This document shows positions 9,601 through 21,600 of a DNA stretch of 64,000 nucleotides, one piece after another. This DNA comes from Eledone cirrhosa (Eukaryota), in contig OZ024742.1 of the NCBI GenBank assembly GCA_964016885.1, positions 129,518,001 through 129,582,000 on the forward strand, given 5' to 3'. Position 1 is the first letter of the stretch; each line of letters starts with the position of its first letter. The position numbers were made by a program, and so were the translations under genes. The notes under the pieces are model-generated. The model saw only the letters and a list, made by a program, of their open reading frames with translations. It did not search any database and was not told the origin of the DNA.

Positions 9601-12600
9601 CCCCTTCTTATGTCCAAACACATTCTATTTGTGACTGTTCTATCTCTCTTTCTTTCATTGCCTCCCCGCCTTCTTATGTCCAAACACATTCTATTTGTGA
9701 CTGTTCTATCTCTCTTTCTTTCATTGCCTCCCCGCCTTCTTATGTCCAAACACATTCTATTTGTGACTGTTCTATCTCTCTTTCTTTCATTGCCTCCCCG
9801 CCTTCTTATGTCCAAACACATTCTATTTGTGACTGTTCTATCTCTCTTTCTTTCATTGCCTCCCCGCCTTCTTATGTCCAAACACATTCTATTTGTGACT
9901 GTTCTATCTCTCTTTCTTTCATTGCCTCCCCGCCTTCTTATGTCCAAACACATTCTATTTGTGACTGTTCTATCTCTCTTTCTTTCATTGCCTCCCCGCC
10001 TTCTTATGTCCAAACACATTCTATTTGTGACTGTTCTATCTCTCTTTCTTTCATTGCCTCCCCGCCTTCTTATGTCCAAACACATTCTATTTGTGACTGT
10101 TCTATCTCTCTTTCTTTCATTGCCTCCCCGCCTTCTTATGTCCAAACACATTCTATTTGTGACTGTTCTATCTCTCTTTCTTTCATTGCCTCCCCGCCTT
10201 CTCATGTCCAAACACATTCTATTTGTGACTGTTCTATCTCTCTTTCTTTCATTGCCCCCCCCCCCCTTCTTATGTCCAAAGACATTCTATTTGTGACTGT
10301 TCTATCTCTCTTTCTTTCATTGCCCCCCCCCCTTCTTATGTCCAAACACATTCTATTTGTGACTGTTCTATCTCTCTTTCTTTCATTGCCTCCCCGCCTT
10401 CTTATGTCCAAACACATTCTATTTGTGACTGTTCTATCTCTCTTTCTTTCATTGCCTCCCCGCCTTCTTATGTCCAAACACATTCTATTTGTGACTGTTC
10501 TATCTCTCTTTCTTTCATTGCCTCCCCGCCTTCTTATGTCCAAACACATTCTATTTGTGACTGTTCTATCTCTCTTTCTTTCATTGCCTCCCCGCCTTCT
10601 CATGTCCAAACACATTCTATTTGTGACTGTTCTATCTCTCTTTCTTTCATTGCCCCCCCCCCCCTTCTTATGTCCAAAGACATTCTATTTGTGACTGTTC
10701 TATCTCTCTTTCTTTCATTGCCTCCCCCCTTCTTATGTCCAAAGACATTCTATTTGTGACTGTTCTATCTCTCTTTCTTTCATTGCCCCCCCCCCCTTCT
10801 TATGTCCAAAGACATTCTATTTGTGACTGTTCTATCTCTCTTTCTTTCATTGCCTCCCCGCCTTCTTATGTCCAAAGCATTCTATTTGTGACTGTTCTAT
10901 CTCTCTTTCTTTCATTGCCTCCCCCCCTTCTTATGTCCAAAGACATTCTATTTGTGACTGTTCTATCTCTCTTTCTTTCATTGCCCCCCCCCCCCCTTCT
11001 TATGTCCAAACACATTCTATTTGTGACTGTTCTATCTCTCTTTCTTTCATTGCCTCCCCGCCTTCTTATGTCCAAAGCATTCTATTTGTGACTGTTCTAT
11101 CTCTCTTTCTTTCATTGCCCCCCCCCCCTTCTTATGTCCAAAGACATTCTATTTGTGACTGTTCTATCTCTCTTTCTTTCATTTCCTCCCCCCCTTCTTA
11201 TGTCCAAAGACATTCTATTTGTGACTGTTCTATCTCTCTTTCTTTCATTGCCTCCCCGCCTTCTTATGTCCAAACACATTCTATTTGTGACTGTTCTATC
11301 TCTCTTTCTTTCATTGCCTCCCCGCCTTCTTATGTCCAAAGCATTCTATTTGTGACTGTTCTATCTCTCTTTCTTTCATTGCCTCCCCCCCTTCTTATGT
11401 CCAAACACATTCTATTTGTGACTGTTCTATCTCTCTTTCTTTCATTGCCTCCCCGCCTTCTTATGTCCAAACACATTCTATTTGTGACTGTTCTATCTCT
11501 CTTTCTTTCATTGCCTCCCCGCCTTCTTATGTCCAAAGCATTCTATTTGTGACTGTTCTATCTCTCTTTCTTTCATTGCCTCCCCCCCTTCTTATGTCCA
11601 AACACATTCTATTTGTGACTGTTCTATCTCTCTTTCTTTCATTGCCTCCCCGCCTTCTTATGTCCAAACACATTCTATTTGTGACTGTTCTATCTCTCTT
11701 TCTTTCATTGCCTCCCCGCCTTCTTATGTCCAAAGCATTCTATTTGTGACTGTTCTATCTCTCTTTCTTTCATTTCCTCCCCCCCTTCTTATGTCCAAAG
11801 ACATTCTATTTGTGACTGTTCTATCTCTCTTTCTTTCATTGCCTCCCCGCCTTCTTATGTCCAAACACATTCTATTTGTGACTGTTCTATCTCTCTTTCT
11901 TTCATTGCCTCCCCGCCTTCTTATGTCCAAAGCATTCTATTTGTGACTGTTCTATCTCTCTTTCTTTCATTGCCTCCCCGCCTTCTTATGTCCAAACACA
12001 TTCTATTTGTGACTGTTCTATCTCTCTTTCTTTCATTGCCTCCCCGCCTTCTTATGTCCAAACACATTCTATTTGTGACTGTTCTATCTCGCTTTCTTTC
12101 ATTGCCCCCCCCCCCTTCTTATGTCCAAAGACATTCTATTTGTGACTGTTCTATCTCTCTTTCTGTCATTGCCCCCCCCCTTATCATGTCCAAACACATT
12201 CTATTTGTGACTGTTCTATCTCTCTTTCTTTCATTGCCCTCCCCCCTTCTTATGTCCAAAGACATTCTATTTGTGACTGTTCTATCTCTCTTTCTGTCAT
12301 TGCCCCCCCCCCCCTTCTCATGTCCAAACACATTCTATTTGTGACTGTTCTATCTCTCTTTCTTTTATTGCCTCCCCGCCTTCTTATGTCCAAAGACATT
12401 CTATTTGTGACTGTTCTATCTCTCTTTCTTTCATTGCCTCCCCGCCTTCTCATGTCCAAACACATTCTATTTGTGACTGTTCTATCTCTCTTTCTTTCAT
12501 TGCCCCCCCCCCCCTTCTTATGTCCAAAGACATTCTATTTGTGACTGTTCTATCTCTCTTTCTTTCATTGCCCCCCCCCTTCTTACGTCCAAAGACATTC

Positions 12601-15600
12601 TATTTGTGACTGTTCTATCTCTCTTTCTTTCATTGCCTCCCCGCCTTCTCATGTCCAAACACATTCTATTTGTGACTGTTCTATCTCTCTTTCTTTCATT
12701 GCCCCACCCCCTTCTTATGTCCAAAGACATTCTATTTGTGACTGTTCTATCTCTCTTTCTTTCATTGCCTCCCCGCCTTCTCATGTCCAAACACATTCTA
12801 TTTGTGACTGTTCTATCTCTCTTTCTTTCATTGCCCCCCCCCCCCTTCTTATGTCCAAAGACATTCTATTTGTGACTGTTCTATCTCTCTTTCTTTCATT
12901 GCCCCCCCCCCTTCTTACGTCCAAAGACATTCTATTTGTGACTGTTCTATCTCTCTTTCTTTCATTGCCTCCCCGCCTTCTCATGTCCAAACACATTCTA
13001 TTTGTGACTGTTCTATCTCTCTTTCTTTCAATGCCCCCCCCCCCTTCTTATGTCCAAAGACATTCTATTTGTGACTGTTCTATCTCTCTTTCTTTCATTG
13101 CCTCCCCGCCTTCTCATGTCCAAACACATTCTATTTGTGACTGTTCTATCTCTCTTTCTTTCAATGCCCCCCCCCCCTTCTTATGTCCAAAGACATTCTA
13201 TTTGTGACTGTTCTATCTCTCTTTCTTTCATTGCCTCCCCGCCTTCTCATGTCCAAACACATTCTATTTGTGACTGTTCTATCTCTCTTTCTTTCAATGC
13301 CCCCCCCCCTTCTTATGTCCAAACACATTCTATTTGTGACTGTTCTATCTCTCTTTCTTTCATTGCCTCCCCTCTTCTTATGTCCAAACACATTCTATTT
13401 GTGAATGTTCTATCTCTCTTTCTTTCATTGCCCCCCCCCCCCTTCTTATGTCCAAAGACATTCTATTTGTGACTGTTCTATCTCTCTTTCTTTCATTGCC
13501 CCCCCCCCCTTCTTATGTCCAAAGACATTCTATTTGTGACTGTTCTATCTCTCTTTCTTTCATTGCCCCCCCTCTTCTTATGTCCAAACACATTCTATTT
13601 GTGACTGTTCTATCTCTCTTTATTTCATTGCCTCCCCTCTTCTTATGTCCAAACACATTCTATTTGTGACTGTTCTATCTCTCTTTCTTTCATTGCCCCC
13701 CCCCCCTTCTTATGTCCAAAGACATTCTATTTGTGACTGTTCTATCTCTCTTTCTTTCATTGCCCTCCCCCCTTCTTATGTCCAAAGACATTCTATTTGT
13801 GACTGTTCTATCTCTCTTTCTTTCATTGCCTCCCCGCCTTCTTATGTCCAAAGACATTCTATTTGTGACTGTTCTATCTCTCTTTCTTTCATTGCCTCCC
13901 CGCCTTCTTATGTCCAAAGACATTCTATTTGTGACTGTTCTATCTCTCTTTCTTTCATTGCCTCCCCGCCTTCTTATGTCCAAACACATTCTATTTGTGA
14001 CTGTTCTATCTCTCTTTCTTTCATTGCCTCCCCGCCTTCTCATGTCCAAACACATTCTATTTGTGACTGTTCTATCTCTCTTTCTTTCATTGCCTCCCCG
14101 CCTTCTTATGTCCAAACACATTCTATTTGTGACTGTTCTATCTCTCTTTCTTTCATTGCCCCCTCCCCCCTTCTTATGTCCAAAGACATTCTATTTGTGA
14201 CTGTTCTATCTCTCTTTCAGTCATTGCCCCCCCCCCCCTTCTCATGTCCAAACACATTCTATTTGTGACTGTTCTATCTCTCTTTCTTTCATTGCCTCCC
14301 CGCCTTCTCATGTCCAAACACATTCTATTTGTGACTGTTCTATCTCTCTTTCTTTCATTGCCTCCCCGCCTTCTTATGTCCAAAGACATTCTATTTGTGA
14401 CTGTTCTATCTCTCTTTCTTTCATTGCCCCCCCCCCTTCTTATGTCCAAACACATTCTATTTGTGACTGTTCTATCTCTCTTTCTTTCATTGCCCCCCCC
14501 CTTCTTATGTCCAAAGACATTCTATTTGTGACTGTTCTATCTCTCTTTCTTTCATTGCCCCCCCCCTTCTTATGTCCAAAGACATTCTATTTGTGACTGT
14601 TCTATCTCTCTTTCTTTCATTGCCTCCCCGCCTTCTTATGTCCAAAGACATTCTATTTGTGACTGTTCTATCTCTCTTTCTTTCATTGCCTCCCCGCCTT
14701 CTCATGTCCAAACACATTCTATTTGTGACTGTTCTATCTCTCTTTCTTTCATTGCCCCCCCCCCCTTCTTATGTCCAAAGACATTCTATTTGTGACTGTT
14801 CTATCTCTCTTTCTTTCATTGCCCCCCCCCCCCCTTCTTATGTCCAAAGACATTCTATTTGTGACTGTTCTATCTCTCTTTCTTTCATTGCCTCCCCGCC
14901 TTCTTATGTCCAAAGACATTCTATTTGTGACTGTTCTATCTCTCTTTCTTTCATTGCCCCCCCCCTTCTTATATCCAAAGACATTCTATTTGTGACTGTT
15001 CTATCTCTCTTTCTTTCATTGCCTCCCCGCCTTCTTATGTCCAAAGACATTCTATTTGTGACTGTTCTATCTCTCTTTCTTTCATTGCCCCCCCCCCCTT
15101 CTTATGTCCAAAGACATTCTATTTGTGACTGTTCTATCTCTCTTTCTTTCATTGCCCCCCCCTTCTTATGTCCAAAGACATTCTATTTGTGACTGTTCTA
15201 TCTCTCTTTCTTTCATTGCCCCCCCCCTTCTTATGTCCAAAGACATTCTATTTGTGACTGTTCTATCTCTCTTTCTTTCATTGCCTCCCCGCCTTCTCAT
15301 GTCCAAACACATTCTATTTGTGACTGTTCTATCTCTCTTTCTTTCATTGCCCCCCCCCCCTTCTTATATCCAAACACATTCTATTTGTGACTGTTCTATC
15401 TCTCTTTCTTTCATTGCCCCCCCCCCTTCTTATGTCCAAAGACATTCTATTTGTGACTGTTCTATCTCTCTTTCTTTCATTGCCCCCCCCCCCCCCTTCT
15501 CATGTCCAAAGACATTCTATTTGTGACTGTTCTATCTCTCTTTCTTTCATTGCCCCCCCCCTTCTTATGTCCAAAGACATTCTATTTGTGACTGTTCTAT

Positions 15601-18600
15601 CTCTCTTTCTTTCATTGCCCCCCCCCCTTCTTATGTCCAAAGACATTCTATTTGTGACTGTTCTATCTCTCTTTCTTTCATTGCCCCCCCCCTTCTTATG
15701 TCCAAAGACATTCTATTTGTGACTGTTCTATCTCTCTTTCTTTCATTGCCTCCCCGCCTTCTCATGTCCAAACACATTCTATTTGTGACTGTTCTATCTC
15801 TCTTTCTTTCATTGCCCCCCCCCTTCTTATGTCCAAAGACATTCTATTTGTGACTGTTCTATCTCTCTTTCTTTCATTGCCCCCCCCCCCTTCTTATGTC
15901 CAAAGACATTCTATTTGTGACTGTTCTATCTCTCTTTCTTTCATTGCCTCCCCGCCTTCTCATGTCCAAACACATTCTATTTGTGACTGTTCTATCTCTC
16001 TTTCTTTCATTGCCCCCCCCCCCCTTCTTATATCCAAACACATTCTATTTGTGACTGTTCTATCTCTCTTTCTTTCATTGCCCCCCCCCCCCTTCTTATG
16101 TCCAAAGACATTCTATTTGTGACTGTTCTATCTCTCTTTCTTTCATTGCCCCCCCCCCTTCTCATGTCCAAAGACATTCTATTTGTGACTGTTCTATCTC
16201 TCTTTCTTTCATTGCCCCCCCCTTCTTATGTCCAAAGACATTCTATTTGTGACTGTTCTATCTCTCTTTCTTTCATTGCCTCCCCGCCTTCTCATGTCCA
16301 AACACATTCTATTTGTGACTGTTCTATCTCTCTTTCTTTCATTGCCCCCCCCCCTTCTTATATCCAAACACATTCTATTTGTGACTGTTCTATCTCTCTT
16401 TCTTTCATTGCCTCCCCGCCTTCTCATGTCCAAACACATTCTATTTGTGACTGTTCTATCTCTCTTTCTTTCATTGCCCCCCCCCCCTTCTTATGTCCAA
16501 AGACATTCTATTTGTGACTGTTCTATCTCTCTTTCTTTCATTGCCTCCCCTCTTCTTATGTCCAAACACATTCTATTTGTGACTGTTCTATCTCTCTTTC
16601 TTTCATTGCCTCCCCTCTTCTTATGTCCAAAGACATTCTATTTGTGACTGTTCTATCTCTCTTTCTTTCATTGCCTCCCCGCCTTCTCATGTCCAAACAC
16701 ATTCTATTTGTGACTGTTCTATCTCTCTTTCTTTCATTGCCTCCCCTCTTCTTATGTCCAAACACATTCTATTTGTGACTGTTCTATCTCTCTTTCTTTC
16801 ATTGCCTCCCCTCTTCTTATGTCCAAAGACATTCTATTTGTGACTGTTCTATCTCTCTTTCTTTCATTGCCTCCCCTCTTCTTATGTCCAAAGACATTCT
16901 ATTTGTGACTGTTCTATCTCTCTTTCTTTCATTGCCTCCCCTCTTCTTATGTCCAAAGACATTCTATTTGTGACTGTTCTATCTCTCTTTCTTTCATTGC
17001 CTCCCTGCCTTCTCATGTCCAAACACATTCTATTTGTGAATGTTTTATCTCTCTTTCTTTCATTGCGCCCCCCCCCCTTCTTATGTCCAAAGACATTCTA
17101 TTTGTGACTGTTCTATCTCTCTTTCTTTCATTGCCCCCCCCCCCTTCTTATGTCCAAAGACATTCTATTTGTGACTGTTCTATCTCTCTTTCTTTCATTT
17201 CCTCCCCCCCTTCTTATGTCCAAAGACATTCTATTTGTGACTGTTTTATCTCTCTTTCTTTCATTGCCCCCCCCCCCCTTCTTATGTCCAAAGACATTCT
17301 ATTTGTGACTGTTCTATCTCTCTTACTTTCATTGCCCCCCCCCCTTCTTATGTCCAAATACATTCTATTTGTGACTGTTCTATCTCTCTTTCTTTCATTG
17401 CCTCCCCCGCCTTCTTATATCCAAAGACATTCTATTTGTGACTGTTCTATCTCTCTTTCTTTCATTGCCCCCCCGCCTTCTTATGTCCAAACACATTCTA
17501 TTTGTGACTGTTCTATCTCTCTTTCTTTCATTGCCTCCCCGCCTTCTCATGTCCAAACACATTCTATTTGTGACTGTTCTATCTCTCTTTCTTTCATTGC
17601 CTCCCCGCCTTCTCATGTCCAAACACATTCTATTTGTGACTGTTCTATCTCTCTTTCTTTCATTACCTCCCCGCCTTCTTATGTCCAAAGACATTCTATT
17701 TGTGACTGTTCTATCTCTCTTTCTTTCATTGCCCCCCCCCTTCTTATGTCCAAAGACATTCTATTTGTGACTGTTCTATCTCTCTTTCTTTCATTTCCTC
17801 CCCCCCTTCTTATGTCCAAAGACATTCTATTTGTGACTGTTTTATCTCTCTTTCTTTCATTGCCCCCCCCCCCTTCTTATGTCCAAAGACATTCTATTTG
17901 TGACTGTTCTATCTCTCTTACTTTCATTGCCCCCCCCCTTCTTATGTCCAAATACATTCTATTTGTGACTGTTCTATCTCTCTTTCTTTCATTGCCTCCC
18001 CCGCCTTCTTATATCCAAAGACATTCTATTTGTGACTGTTCTATCTCTCTTTCTTTCATTGCCCCCCCGCCTTCTTATGTCCAAACACATTCTATTTGTG
18101 ACTGTTCTATCTCTCTTTCTTTCATTGCCTCCCCGCCTTCTCATGTCCAAACACATTCTATTTGTGACTGTTCTATCTCTCTTTCTTTCATTGCCTCCCC
18201 GCCTTCTCATGTCCAAACACATTCTATTTGTGACTGTTCTATCTCTCTTTCTTTCATTACCTCCCCGCCTTCTTATGTCCAAAGACATTCTATTTGTGAC
18301 TGTTCTATCTCTCTTTCTTTCATTGCCCCCCCCCCTTCTTATGTCCAAAGACATTCTATTTGTGACTGTTCTATCTCTCTTTCTTTCATTGCCTCCCCGC
18401 CTTCTCATGTCCAAACACATTCTATTTGTGACTGTTCTATCTCTCTTTCTTTCATTGCCCCCCCCCCCCTTCTTTTTTTCAAAGACATTCTATTTGTGAC
18501 TGTTCTATCTCTCTTTCTTTCATTGCCCCCCCCCCTTCTTATGTCCAAAGACATTCTATTTGTGACTGTTCTATCTCTCTTTCTTTCATTGCCCCCCCCC

Positions 18601-21600
18601 CTTCTTATGTCCAAAGACATTCTATTTGTGACTGTTCTATCTCTCTTTCTTTCATTGCCTCCCCGCCTTCTTATGTCCAAACACATTCTATTTGTGACAG
18701 TTCTATCTCTCTTTCTTTCATTGCCCCCCCCCCTTCTTATGTCCAAAGACATTCTATTTGTGACTGTTCTATCTCTCTTTCTGTCATTGCCCCCCCCCCC
18801 CTTCTCATGTCCAAACACATTCTATTTGTGACTGTTCTATCTCTCTTTCTTTCATTGCCTCCCCGCCTTCTTATGTCCAAACACATTCTATTTGTGACTG
18901 TTCTATCTCTCTTTCTTTCATTGCCTCCCCGCCTTCTCATGTCCAAACACATTCTATTTGTGACTGTTCTATCTCTCTTTCTTTCATTGCCTCCCCGCCT
19001 TCTCATGTCCAAACACATTCTATTTGTGACTGTTCTATCTCTCTTTCTTTCATTGCCCCCCCCCCTTCTTATGTCCAAAGACATTCTATTTGTGACTGTT
19101 CTATCTCTCTTTCTTTCATTGCCCCCCCCCCTTCTTATGTCCAAAGACATTCTATTTGTGACTGTTCTATCTCTCTTTCTTTCATTGCCTCCCCCCCCTT
19201 CTTATGTCCAAACACATTCTATTTGTGACTGTTCTATCTCTCTTTCTTTCATTGCCCCCCCCCTTCTTATGTCCAAAGACATTCTATTTGTGACTGTTCT
19301 ATCTCTCTTTCTTTCATTGCCTCCCCGCCTTCTTATGTCCAAAGACATTCTATTTGTGACTGTTCTCTCTCTCTTTCTTTCATTGCCTCCCCGCCTTCTC
19401 ATGTCCAAACACATTCTATTTGTGACTGCTCTATCTCTCTTTCTTTCATTGCCTCCCCGCCTTCTTATGTCCAAAGACATTCTATTTGTGACTGTTCTAT
19501 CTCTCTTTCTTTCATTGCCTCCCCGCCTTCTCATGTCCAAACACATTCTATTTGTGACTGTTCTATCTCTCTTTCTTTCATTGCCCCCCCCCCCCTTCTT
19601 ATGTCCAAAGACATTCTATTTGTGACTGTTCTATCTCTCTTTCTTTCATTGCCTCCCCGCCTTCTCATGTCCAAACACATTCTATTTGTGACTGTTCTAT
19701 CTCTCTTTCTTTCATTGCCCCCCCCCCCTTCTTATGTCCAAAGACATTCTATTTGTGACTGTTCTATCTCTCTTTCTTTCATTGCCTCCCCGCCTTCTCA
19801 TGTCCAAACACATTCTATTTGTGAATGTTCTATTTCTCTTTCTTTCGTTGCCCCCCCCCCCTTCTTATGTCCAAAGACATTCTATTTGTGACTGTTCTAT
19901 CTCTCTTTCTCTCATTGCCTCCCCGCCTTCTCATGTCCAAACACATTCTATTTGTGACTGTTCTATCTCTCTTTCTTTCATTGCCCCCCCCCCCCTTCTT
20001 ATGTCCAAAACATTCTATTTGTGACTGTTCTATCTCTCTTTCTTTCATTGCCTCCCCTCTTCTTATGTCCAAACACATTCTATTTGTGACTGTTCTATCT
20101 CTCTTTCTTTCATTGCCTCCCCTCTTCTTATGTCCAAACACATTCTATTTGTGAATGTTCTATCTCTCTTTCTTTCATTGCCCCCCCCCCCCCCTTCTTA
20201 TGTCCAAAGACATTCTATTTGTGACTGTTCTATCTCTCTTTCTTTCATTGCCCCCCCCCTTCTTATGTCCAAACACATTCTATTTGTGACTGTTCTATCT
20301 CACTTTCTTTCATTGCCCTCCCCCCTTCTTATGTCCAAAGACATTCTATTTGTGACTGTTCTATCTCTCTTTCTTTCATTGCCTCCCCGCCTTCTTATGT
20401 CCAAACACATTCTATTTGTGACTGTTCTCTCTCTCTTTCTTTCATTGCCTCCCCGCCTTCTCATGTCCAAACACATTCTATTTGTGACTGTTCTATCTCT
20501 CTTTCTTTCATTGCCCCCCCCCCTTCTTATGTCCAAAGACATTCTATTTGTGACTGTTCTATCTCTCTTTCTTTCATTGCCCCCCCCCCCCCTTCTTATG
20601 TCCAAAGACATTCTATTTGTGACTGTTCTATCTCTCTTTCTTTCATTGCCCCCCCCCCCCTTCTTATATCCAAAGACATTCTATTTGTGACTGTTCTATC
20701 TCTCTTTCTTTCATTGCCTCCCCGCCTTCTCATGTCCAAACACATTCTATTTGTGACTGTTCTATCTCTCTTTCTTTCATTGCCCCCCCCGCCTTCTTAT
20801 ATCCAAAGACATTCTATTTGTGACTGTTCTATCTCTCTTTCTTTCATTGCCCCCCCCCCTTCTTATGTCCAAACACATTCTATTTGTGACTGTTCTATCT
20901 CTCTTTCTTTCATTGCCTCCCCTCTTCTTATGTCCAAACACATTCTATTTGTGAATGTTCTATCTCTCTTTCTTTCATTGCCCCCCCCCCCCCTTCTTAT
21001 GTCCAAAGACATTCTATTTGTGACTGTTCTATCTCTCTTTCTTTCATTGCCCCCCCCCCTTCTTATGTCCAAACACATTCTATTTGTGACTGTTCTATCT
21101 CTCTTTCTTTCATTGCCCTCCCCCCTTCTTATGTCCAAAGACATTCTATTTGTGACTGTTCTATCTCTCTTTCTTTCATTGCCTCCCCGCCTTCTTATGT
21201 CCAAACACATTCTATTTGTGACTGTTCTCTCTCTCTTTCTTTCATTGCCTCCCCGCCTTCTCATGTCCAAACACATTCTATTTGTGACTGTTCTATCTCT
21301 CTTTCTTTCATTGTCCCCCCCCCTTCTTATGTCCAAAGACATTCTATTTGTGACTGTTCTATCTCTCTTTCTTTCATTGCCCCCCCCTTCTTATGTCCAA
21401 AGACATTCTATTTGTGACTGTTCTATCTCTCTTTCTTTCATTGCCCCCCCCCTTCTTATATCCAAAGACATTCTATTTGTGACTGTTCTATCTCTCTTTC
21501 TTTCATTGCCTCCCCGCCTTCTCATGTCCAAACACATTCTATTTGTGACTGTTCTATCTCTCTTTCTTTCATTGCCTCCCCGCCTTCTCATGTCCAAACA

